From contig WELB01000021.1 of assembly GCA_009602725.1 (NCBI GenBank), positions 506,657-541,421 of the forward strand: a stretch of DNA of 34,765 bases, written 5' to 3'. The first letter of the stretch is position 1. The number at the start of each line of letters is the position of its first letter. The position numbers and the translations under genes are program-made. The notes below the pieces were generated by a model, which saw nothing but the letters and a program-made list of their open reading frames with translations, had not been told where the DNA came from and ran no database searches. Positions 15,031-25,287 of this stretch are shown piece after piece. The stretch is from Spirogloea muscicola (taxonomy: Eukaryota).

Positions 15031-18000
15031 TCAATGAGATTGCACCTTCTCCCAGGCAAGCACAGGCTGCCGACAGAATGGGCAAGCCAATGCCGACGTG
15101 GCATGCAAGCTCTGCACATCCTCCACACCACCTGGCCCCTTCTGCACACTTGCAGCCAGGGGCTCTGTGTAAGTTTTTCACAGTTAGTGTCAGAATGCGT
15201 GTCACATAGCCTGCTCACAATTTCAAGACTCTCCACAGTGCAAGCTAGGCAGTCGTATCCTGCCATGGGCCATGCGAGCAAGACAAATCTGATGAGTCAG
15301 GTGCATGGTTGCTTGATTGACCTTGTCAGTGCTGTGACAGCAGATCGCGAGTGCGCATGCTGTGCACAGCTGGTGATGGCAGGCTGCAAGCAAAGCGTCG
15401 TAAAGAGTGTATCTTAGATGGCCACAAAGGTCTTCCAATAGACTCTGATCATATTCCTATAGACTTTCATAAGATTGATAGGCATGTTATCCAATGCACG
15501 GTCAAGTTGTGGTCTCTTCACTGACCGTCTGCAGACACTGTGCACCGCCGTTCCAGGCAGACGCCGCATGCATCAGTCATCACCTCAGTCTCCACTTCCA
15601 CAAACGGGACGCTCCGAGAACTGCTGCATAGGAAAAATGCTCTCAGCAGGTCCAACAATGACCACCGAAGAGTGCGACAATGTGTTGAAGCTCAAGTGTT
15701 GGCCAGATATACGCTTGCTGATTTATGAAGAGAGCAGGAGCCCTGCTGCTGTTGCTGGAGCACGCACAGGACGAGCTTGATGATGCTCGCGAGCTGCGGA
15801 GCCATTTTGCCGAGGCTGGTGTCCAGGCAGCCAGCCGCAGGATCGAGGAGGCCCTCCAGCCACTCCTTCTGGCACAGCTTGCTAACTTGCAGCGGTGTCC
15901 ACCTGCAGCAGCAAGTGAACCGACCCAAAAGCTCTTGAGTGAATGGCCCTGCATAGCACATAATGAAGCCCTCGTGCAAAGAGAATCAGCGCTAACCCTT
16001 ATTATGCGTGCGCTGCGCAGTCTGCACCAGCCTCAATATCTTGCATGTGGACCTGGAACCCATGTGTCTGCCTGACATCTGAGCAATACACTGACCCGTT
16101 GTTATCCTGTACAGATCTGTCGGCGCCTTCTCCCACAAGTGCCTGCCACCATGTGCATCACAGTATGAGAAAGTTGGTAGAGACCAGGCTCATAAGACAG
16201 CCTCTGCTTACACGTATCTCTCTAAATCAAATTTGGAGGTTTTGTGGAGGGTCAAGATTGCAATGCAAGGTCAGGCTGCTTGCATGTCATGCCAAGGGTT
16301 AAGCGCGCACAGCGCAGCAGGAGTGACTGCCGCCACAGGCTGCATAGTGCAAAGGAGTGCTTTTTGTCGCTGTGCAGAGGAGGAGCCAAGCTTAATGAGT
16401 GTCCTGCAGTTTAGTAGCAATAAGTATAGCAAGCATGAAGAACATGAACGGCAAAGAATATCCTATCAAGGAGCGCCCGGCAAGATTCAGAGTTTGCCGA
16501 TGCTCTGTGGCAGCCTGGACACACCCGTGGTGCAATTCACGTCGGCGCCCGCCAAAAGGAGCAGCTGCAGGCACTCCACCTGTCCCTTGAGAGCGGCCAT
16601 GTGGAGCGCCGACACGTCGTTAACCGCCCGCGTGCTCACCAGCTCCATCAACCTCCTGAGATCCGTGCTTGAGTTATGCTTGCTGGTCATTTGATCAGTG
16701 CAAGTTTTGTGAAGGAAGGCGCGTGCATGCGCCAGCAAGTGCGGGCAGCTTTCCCAGCTTGTTACCTGGATGCGCTGGCAGGTGGAGGGGAGGGACTGGT
16801 GGAGTTTTGCTTGGCTGCCACGAACGCAGCCAGCAGGAGGACCAGGCACTGAAGTTGGCCTGTTCCTGCAGCATAGTGCAGCGCATTCCGCATGCTCAAT
16901 GAGTCCTTCTTCAACACCTGCGCGTGACATAACCAGGCATCAAGCAAGTCCCAGCTACGTCCTCGACGGGGGGGCCTCAATTGGGACTGAAGGAGAGCTG
17001 TGCAGCCGGGCTTGGAGGTTGTGGGGCTCACATCACTGCCTGCGGCAAGCAGGAGTCGGACAATGTCGGGGAAGCCCTGCCGGCAGGCGTGCATCAGCGC
17101 AGTCTACAGCATCGCAGCACGTGGCCAATGTCAATATGACAGCGCTAAGGGGGCCCCGAGGATGCCACCAGAGAATGGCGGCCCCGTGGACCACTCTGGC
17201 GACAGTGCAGGAGATGCTCCCAGTGGGGCTGACGAGGCAATGGTGATTGTGAGAACGTCGTGGTGTGGGTGGCAAACCTGCCCCCACTGGTTGCACTGGT
17301 TGACCTTGGCACCGTGCTTGAGGAGGAGGCGTACGACCTGCGCCCAAAGTGGCGAACGAGGAGGCCGCCCAGAAAGTTAAGGCGGCTGGCTGCGAGATGG
17401 CCAGCCCATGACGAGAGCGTGCGCAAGCATAGGCTGCTGCAGAAAATGGCGGCCTATGATCAATCAATGGTCTCCACTGCTGCATGTTCATAGGAAGCTT
17501 GACCTTGTTGCCACAAACTTCCCACCAATTGTGAGCGCTGCAATCCGGATCTAGACGGCGACGGCAGTAGTGTGGACCAGTCTGGTCATCCGAACCTCGA
17601 CGTGGCCCTTGGCTGCCGCCTGCAGCAGCGGCGAGTTGCTGCCGCCGAAAGCGGTGTACTTGGCCAGCGCCTGCGGTCGCCAGAGGCGGCGTCAAGCAAT
17701 TGCGCTGCCACCATATGCTAGGTGGGACTGCAGCCTCCGGCCAGCAGGCGACTGCCGCGGCAGCAGGAGCTGCAAAGGCGGCTGGTTGGCATCAGGACAG
17801 CTCTCATGTGGGGTCAAGGCTCGGAATGTAGGCTCACCGGCTTGGCTGCCAGCATGGCCTGCAAGTCCAGGGCGTCGCCGTCACGCGCCACTGCAAGCAG
17901 CGGTGCGTGGTGTCAGAGTCTACATTACGCTTCGAGACCCATCCTCGGCCTTGGCTGTGCGCAGCCATGCGCCTCCTCTGCGCAAGTCCTGCGCCAGCGT

Positions 18001-18114
18001 TACCACCGCTGTCGCCCTCAGAAGCCGAGGTGGGTTGCGGAAAGGAATGGGGCGCGAGCGAGTACCAGCGACCAGGCGCTCGCGCTCGACAGAGCAGCTC
18101 AGGAGCATCCCCAT
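15031..18114 (-). CDS. XBAT33: XB3/XBAT33-like ankyrin-repeat C3HC4 RING E3 ubiquitin ligase, 13 exons
   Basis: Exons 18114-18066, 17890-17838, 17670-17596, 17337-17278, 17103-17032, 16917-16766, 16655-16525, 16369-16311, 16142-16096, 15902-15768, 15623-15526, 15383-15322 and 15111-15031 splice in frame. Product: MGMLLSCSVERERLVAVARDGD...AKYTAFGGSNSPL..AAAKGH...GQTALMHACRQG...STPLHYAACGG...CGVCLERRCTVSADACHHQLCTAC...CPFCR...*. Confidence 0.92.
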
Positions 18115-18439
18115 CGCCGCAGCAGCGGCGGCGGCCAGGCGGGGAGTGGACGCCGCTCTCCTCAACGCCGCCGCCCCATCACCAGTCAGCGCCGTGTCGA
18201 TCGTCTCGCTCGCAGATTCGTCGCCTCATGAGCTGGGCTGCCCAGGTGCGGCACGGACGAGCTGACGGTGGCCCGAGGAGCGGCTGTGGAGGCCAGCCGC
18301 AGTGCTCACAGAGGCGGCGTGCCAGAGTTGCTCCGCCAGCACGAGCAGTGGCCTTGTGTCACTGCCGACGAAGAGGGCGAGGCTGCGCACAGCCACAGCA
18401 GAAGACAAGCGAAGGGTCCCAAGGCAGCCGGGAAAGCGC

Positions 18440-20380
18440 TCCGGAAAGGAGGAGACCACTCAAGTGTCACCTTCACCCCCTCTCCCTGGCCATGGACATC
18501 CACGGGTGTGACGGGGGGCCGGTGGTCGTTACTTTCGCTGCTGGCGTCCCAAGCTGACCAGCGGCGCCGGGAACAGGGTGCAGCCCTTCGAAGCAATGGG
18601 CGAGCCCTTCATCTTCGAAGCAAGCGCGGCCACATTAACTGGTGGCTGGGTGAGGCCAGCCCGAAGGAATGGACAAGGTCTGAAGGAGCCGGAGCGTTAG
18701 GACTTAGACAGCAGCAAGCGGACTCTCAGTAACCTCTAGTCAGTAGATGCAAGTCTGAATAGCTAGCAGGCGGAAAGACGTCGCCCTGACGGAAGCCGGA
18801 GGCCGCCGCCAAAGCGCAGCCTGCGCGCAAGTGGACCTCGAAGGCAAGGGACCGCTGCAAAGAGATGGCCAGTCCTTCCCGGTGGCTCGGTGCCTTTGGG
18901 TCGTGTGTCCTGCTACCGCTTGCGTTTACCTATGTCCCTACAGCGCTGCCAAAGCGCTCCCAATACACGCAATCTTCCAAGCGCCTTTTTTGCACCGTCT
19001 CGCCGGTCGCGCCCTTGCAGCAGCCTCTGGCTTGCTCAGCGGAGTTGCTCTTCCTCCCCTCAGCTCATCTGACTTCCTACTGCTGACACGGGGTTACCAA
19101 GAGCGCCCTGTCTGCCTAGCCTGTGGCTCCGTCATGAACACCTGTATGCATCTGGCTAGCTTTCACAGCGGCTCTTTTATTATCAGCAGCCGCGTTCGTT
19201 AGTGTCACGCCCTTTCCCGGGCCTCTCACTGCATGTGAGAGCCCACTTGCTGACGTCTTCGAACGCCCCTGCATGGCACGCCGCCACGCAGGCCAGCAGA
19301 GCGAGCAGCCCGGCTTCGATGCCGCCGGGTGGCTTGCTCAAGTGTTCAGGATGCGCCTGGCCATCTACTTGCAGAAGGAAGACGCTTCCATGGCTGGAAG
19401 AAGTGGCTCTCCCAATGGGGCCAAGGGCTGTGAGAAGCCAGCCCGACAATAATTGACAAATTTCGAAGGGGCCAGACTATGAATGGGCCAGAAGCGCTAT
19501 CTCAACTGGTGTAGGATGAACCACTCAATAAGTACGAGTGAGAAGCCTCAAATTCAAAAGAGACCAGAGAGGCCGCCCAGAAAGAAGAATGAACAAAGGT
19601 CGCGGTCCCTAGGCTTTGCCAATCACTTGCATGCATGCCGCGCCGTGGCTGCTGCCTCTGGGTTCTGTCAGGGCGACGCTTTTCCGCCCTCTGATCAATC
19701 AGACTTGCACTTGCTGACTAGAGGTTCCTGAATGAGAGTCCACTTGCTGACGACTTAAGGACTAGTACCCTGCTGTTTGCGCTTTCCGGCCCTCTCAGAC
19801 CTTGTCCATTTCATTGGGCTGGCCTCTCACAGCCACTGCTGTCAATCTGGAATAGCTGTTTTCTTTTTGCGCCATCCGGCCCTCTCAGACCTTACCCATT
19901 CCTTTGGGCTGGCCTTTTTGGGCTGGCATCTCACTGCCATTGCTGTCAATTTGGCAGAGCTGCTTTCCTTCTCACACTTATTTCGGCCCCTTTGGAACTT
20001 GTCAATTTTTATCGGGCTGGCTGTACACAGCCCTTGCCCCCTTTGCGAGGCCACCATCTTGCTGTTGAACAACAGCTCTTCCGATTTGACGCAGGGGCTG
20101 TGAAAAGCCAGCCCAGAAAGAATGGACAAGGTCCAAAGGGCCGGAAGGCGCCTAAATCACATTCCTATTGCCTCTGACTTGCGGCTGCTGACACGGGGTT
20201 ACTAAGTTCCCATTCGCTGTAGTCTCTTGCATGGCTGTGTACTTTTGGCGCATGTCGGCCCCCTTTGGACCTTGGTCTTTCTGGGCTGGCTTTCCACAGC
20301 CCCCGCCACCTTACATGGGAAGAGCTGTTCCTTGCCAGGCTGCAAGCTACTCTGACTTGCCGCTGACTAGGGGTTAGAAG
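18440..20380. mobile_element. Cluster of nested CRE-like non-LTR retrotransposon 3' fragments, both orientations
   Basis: Pieces: degenerate RLE 18440-18625 (+; FTP..LAMDIHG...RALHLR); 18617-18870 (-; LAISLQRS..HLRAG...SDLHLLTRGY*); 18990-19195 (+; SDFLLLTRGY); 19273-19374 and 19603-19731 (+; AQVFRMRLAIYLQ / RSLG...SDLHLLTRGS*); minus-strand motifs at 19380-19600 and 20090-20155; 20173-20330 (+; SDLRLLTRGY*); a short tail at 20346-20378. Confidence 0.8.
18617..18863 (-). repeat. ~247-bp direct repeat of 25178-25425 (same CRE subfamily 3' end)
   Basis: The two copies align base by base with few differences from gaagcaagcgcggcca to gggaccgctgcaaaga. Confidence 0.9.
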
Positions 20381-21150
20381 AGTAACATTTGATAATTCGA
20401 TAGCCTATCAGCTGCAAATTTGTGCAGTTGCCAATCAGCATACCGTGCGGACCCCTCCTCGGCCCTCACAGAGCACCACTTTAAGCAACAATTTGCAACA
20501 AGCTGTGCTGGCTGCAGCCATAAGCATGAGTGCACTGCGACCACCTGAACGTGCCAAGCACGGGCATACCGCAGCTCGTTGCCATCACATCTTCTGCGCC
20601 ACGATTACCAACTTCACGGCGAATACTTCCTCCTGGCGGACGACTTCTCTCACACTCCTGGTTTTTGACAAGCTCCAAGCTGCCCTCTTTGCTTTAAGCT
20701 GGCAGCAGCAACAATCAAGGTAACAGTGGCCATGTGTGTAACTGCTCTTGCACTCAAGTTGACTGCCCCCTTACTGGCCAAGCAGTGCGCAGGTTTTGAG
20801 TCAAAAAACCCTTGCGTCTTTGGCACTCATCTGATAATGGCAATTCAGTCTTGTGCGTATTATCCGAGTAAGTCTGGCTTGTATACATAGTTGCGGGGCC
20901 AAGATGACCGCACACATCCGGGGTCGTCCTCTAAGCCTGCCACCAGAAGCGGCAGTAGCGACCACGACACAAGGCAGCCGTGGCAGTGGCATCGGCTTGC
21001 GATGCAATCTACAATAACTGCAGGCTGTTGCGAGCCAAAGCCACAGTTTTATTCCTCGCAAGTGCCTGGGCGGGCACAGCCGGCGACAGCATGATCTCAC
21101 GAAAACCCGCCAATGTCAGGAGTGAGTATCAAGGGCTAATGCAGTATAAG

Positions 21151-22997
21151 TTATTGATGATGAGCGCTGCCGCCGCCCTGTTGAGCACGGTGGAGATGGC
21201 GGCACAGCGACGCTTATGTTGGGCAGGCGAGCACTGACACGGGGCTGTGCCCGGCAGCACGTTGGCGCACCTTGAGCTTCTTGAAATCCAGCTCAATGAA
21301 CTCGTCACTTGCGTCTGAGCCAAGGCTTGACATCCGTGACAGTGCATCCCCTCCTGGCGCCGCGGCCTTGTCTCCGTCATAGCTGTCCATGCCGAGACCA
21401 CGACCGCCTACGCAGCTGGCCGGTACATTGAGGAGCTGCACCGGCAGCTCAAGAACCAAACCATGCTGGTGCTTCAGCCCCGCACCTGCACTTTCGCTGC
21501 TGGCCGGCACTGCGACCTGAGACTGCACATGCTCGCCAGCGCTAGCATCCTCGCTGCGCAGCTCCACCGAGTGCTCGGTTACGGCCACCGCATTCCCTGC
21601 ATCGTGAGGAGGCACAACACCGAAAGCATGCCTGACCGGCACCCTGCCCTCGTTCCTGCACACAAGCTCGGGCACAGCAGCTTCCTGCTGGGGTGTCACC
21701 AAACGCCCGCCAGACGCCGCGCTCCGCAACTGCACCAGCGCTGTCGCAGTGAAGCGCTCCTGCTCGTAGCTCGCGCGCTGCAGCTCCAATGAGCTCCTCA
21801 GCCTCGCCTCGAGATCCAGTGGCCCGGCACTGGAGGGAGCAGGGATGACGGCCGGGCTGCCGGAGCCGTCAGCCAGCAACGCTGTTGGCAGGCTGAGGGC
21901 GCGGCGGTGCGCAGGGTCGCAGCTTGCCGGCAGCATGCGCTGACCCTTCCCGACATTGCGAGCTGGGTGCGACCGCCGGAACGCCGTCGCCAGGCCGCAA
22001 CCCAGGCCGCCTCCGAACCTGCTCCGCCTTCGGCCCTGCATCGCGCCAGCCACGTCCAGCCATCAGAATCTCAAATGCTCCACAAGCTGCCGCTGCAGCG
22101 GAAGCCACCATCGCCATCTCTACGAGAGAGACATGACTTGGCATCCGGGTCGCGGCAGCTCACAAGTATCCAGCTGTCGTTGTCACTGTCCCCCTCCTCT
22201 TCAGAGCTGTCGATGACAGCGAGCTCGTGCTCGGCGGCACCCGCTGCGAGGCCGCCCGCATCCACATGACATCCGTCCCACAGGAAGCGTCCCAGGATGA
22301 AGGCCCCCTCCGACTGCAGCAGAGGCAATGCGAGAGTCAGCTAACAACGCAACGTACAGCGCTGACGTACAATCGCAAGTAGATGGTGCAAAGGCTTGGT
22401 TCCGACAGCCAGCGGCGCACCTGGTTGGCTTTGCCCAGGGTGGCCGCCAGGGCCGGGCTGGCGGCAGCCGCGAGCGCAGCGGCGGCGGCAGCGGTGTCGT
22501 CCTCCCCAGACCAGCCGTCGCTCATGCTGGCGACCTCTGCCGCGGTGTTGCCATTCGTCGGCCTGCTGCTGCTTGCACTGGACGGCTCTTGCCACAGAGC
22601 TGCCGCCTCTGCGACCGCGCTACAGCCGTTGCCCGTTCTTATGTCCAGCCGCTGTGACAGCCCACCAGAGGCACAAGCATAACACAGTCAGGGCCTGCCC
22701 AGAAGTGTAGGCACTGCCAATGCCATTTGAGGACAGCGTGTTCGATTCATGGCTAGCGCAGGCTGAGCATGGCAAAGGGCGCTGCAGTCGTACTGGGAGA
22801 GGCTGCGCAGGGCTCAGCAAGCGGCCGCTGGGCCCGGGCAGCGACTGGGCGGGCTCTGAAGCCGGCGCCGCCATCCCGTCCGGCGCCGCCCGCGCTCTGC
22901 CGCCGCCGAGCCCGACCGAGCGGCAGAGGGTCAGCATGGCCGGCCGTCGGCAGCCCAGTCGGCAGCGCCATTCGGCGGCAGCGCCTGCCGCGGCCAT
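21151..22997 (-). CDS. Hypothetical low-complexity protein (orphan), predicted 5 exons
   Basis: GT-AG-bounded open blocks ~22997-22792, ~22651-22421, ~22313-22164, ~22036-21271 and 21177-21151 splice in frame. They include most of the 279-aa ORF 21214-22053. The 5' end is GC-rich like the other genes. No family motif was recognised. Confidence 0.45.
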
Positions 22998-23600
22998 GGA
23001 ATTGGAGTACCAGCGGGCGAGGTGGGTACGAGGCTCACGGCTCTGGCGCGCGGCCCGGCGGCGGCGAGAGGCGCGGCGCGGCGCCGCCGTCNNNNNNNNN
23101 NNNNNNNNNNNNNNNNNNNNNNNNNNNNNNNNNNNNNNNNNNNNNNNNNNNNNNNNNNNNNNNNNNNNNNNNNNNNNNNNNNNNNNNNNNNNNNNNNNNN
23201 NNNNNNNNNNNNNNNNNNNNNNNNNNNNNNNNNNNNNNNNNNNNNNNNNNNNNNNNNNNNNNNNNNNNNNNNNNNNNNNNNNNNNNNNNNNNNNNNNNNN
23301 NNNNNNNNNNNNNNNNNNNNNNNNNNNNNNNNNNNNNNNNNNNNNNNNNNNNNNNNNNNNNNNNNNNNNNNNNNNNNNNNNNNNNNNNNNNNNNNNNNNN
23401 NNNNNNNNNNNNNNNNNNNNNNNNNNNNNNNNNNNNNNNNNNNNNNNNNNNNNNNNNNNNNNNNNNNNNNNNNNNNNNNNNNNNNNNNNNNNNNNNNNNN
23501 NNNNNNNNNNNNNNNNNNNNNNNNNNNNNNNNNNNNNNNNNNNNNNNNNNNNNNNNNNNNNNNNNNNNNNNNNNNNNNNNNNNNNNNNNNNNNNNNNNNN

Positions 23601-23601
23601 N

Positions 23602-23659
<58 letters not shown>
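23601..23659. other. Poly-A run next to N gap, probable assembly artefact
   Basis: A 59-nt homopolymer directly follows the gap at 23092-23600. Confidence 0.6.
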
Positions 23660-23661
<2 letters not shown>

Positions 23662-25287
23662 ACACGACGCGGCGCACGTGCGCCAGCCGGCGCGCCGCCC
23701 CGGCCGGCGCGGGGGTTGGCGGGGGGGTTCCGGCGGCCGCGCCCACCATCCGTCCTCCCCCGCCTCCGCGGCACGACGGGAAGGAGCAGAAAGCGACGAC
23801 AGCTCCTTCCATGCTCCACTCCTTTCTGGGCTGGCCTCTGCCTCCATGTTGCTCACTCGTGGGCGTGGGTACTGAGCTCCCCTCTCCATCGCCTTTGTGT
23901 TTTAGCAGTGTTTTGTAGTGTAGTCCGATGTCCGGCTCCTCTTTCTTTGGCTTTGGACATTGTCCGTTCTTCTTTGGGCTGGCTTTGCCAGCTCCTCTTC
24001 TCTATGGGCGAGCACTTTCTTCTATGGTGCGAGCACTTGCTTCTGCCAGCCGCATCTTCTCTGTGGGCGCGCGCAAAATTCCTCTCCTTCCTACCGGGAA
24101 AAGCGTTTGGTAGTGCGCGCTTTGTGGCCCCTTCGGACGTTGTCATTTCTTCTGGGGCTGGCTGTTCACAGCCCTTGCCCGCTTTGCCCGCCCGCCTTGC
24201 ATCTGCGTGCTGGCCGTGCTCTCGCTGCGGCCTCCGGCTTTCGTCAGGGGGATAGTTTACCGGCAGCTAGTCTGTCGGATGTGAGGCTCCTCACTCGTAA
24301 CTACTAAGTGGTCCATCCTCCCCCGTTCTGCCATAGCCTCTTCAGGCCCCGCAGTCGCTGCTTAGCTCGTAGTTTGGCCCCTTCGAACCTTGTCAATTCT
24401 TTTCGGGCTGGCTTCTCACAGCCCTTGCCCCCATTGGGAGAGCCACTTCTTCTTGCCCGCCACTTATCTTTCATCGTAAGAAGGCAGTGGAGTGTGCATT
24501 AGATGATGGAGGGCCTGATTGGCCAAGTACAGAGGCAAACAATTAACAGATGTACGTCACCTGCTGCTAAGCTGACCCGCTCAGTAACCACTCGTCAACA
24601 CGTAGAAGTCGCTAATTGGTGCGGAACACCGGACAGCAATCGACAATGGCTGTGAGATGCCAGCCCAAAGAAAGTGGCTCTCCCAATGGGGGCAAGGGCT
24701 GTGAAAAGCCAGCCCGGAAAGAAATGACAAAGGTTTGAAAGGTGCCAAATGACGGAGGAGCCCAAAGAGCAAAAAGAGAAGGGCTCGCCCATTGAGGATA
24801 GGGGCTGGAAGAAAAAACAGCAAAAGGCTCTACCAGCCCAGAGGGTGTACAAGGTCTGGAAGGGCCGGAAGGTGCAGAAAGCACGCAAGCAGGCACCCGT
24901 TGCGTTAGGTCTCCACGAGGAATCAGCTCTTCCAAATGACGGCAATGGTTGTGAGAAGAAGAAGTGGCACTCCCATTGGGGGCAAGGGCTGTGAAAAGCC
25001 AGCCCGAAAAGAACGACAAAGATTCGAAGGGGCCAAATGACGGAGGGGCCTAAAGCGCTAAGTAGCTACGAAGGGGCCTGAAGATGCTATGTAAGAACGG
25101 GGGAGGATGGACCACTCAGTAGTTACGAGGGAGGAGCCTCAAACATCTTAAGACCTACATCTTAAGACCTACGAGAGGAAGCAAGCGCGGCCAGATTGAC
25201 TGGTGGCTGGGAGAGGCCAGCCCAAAAGAGTGGACAAGGTCTGAAGGAGCCGGAGTGCTAAGGACTGAGACAGCAGTAAGCGAAGTC

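Noticed and set aside
17570..18265. + strand 231-aa ORF as a zinc-knuckle/PD-(D/E)XK part of the retroelement
   Set aside because: It is the antisense of XBAT exons 1-3 and 5' UTR, which splice cleanly on the minus strand.
22160..22200. ATG8-interacting motif DSWILV
   Set aside because: The Val codon is probably the gtgagc splice donor, so the motif would not exist in the spliced protein.
23601..23659. Poly(A) tail of a retrotransposon
   Set aside because: It abuts a gap, the elements here end in TC-rich sequence rather than poly(A), and a similar poly-T artefact occurs at 1-120.
24376..24454. HDV-like ribozyme (GGCCC...ACCTTGT...GGGCU-GG resembles P1, L3 and P1.1)
   Set aside because: P1 would be only ~5 bp, no P3 abuts the P1 3' strand, no J4/2-P2 closure was found, and the motif is at element 3' ends rather than 5' ends.
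24960..25035. Hammerhead ribozyme (ctgtga...gaaa on the + strand)
   Set aside because: The CUGANGA core is not intact and no stem I/III with an NUH site could be formed.
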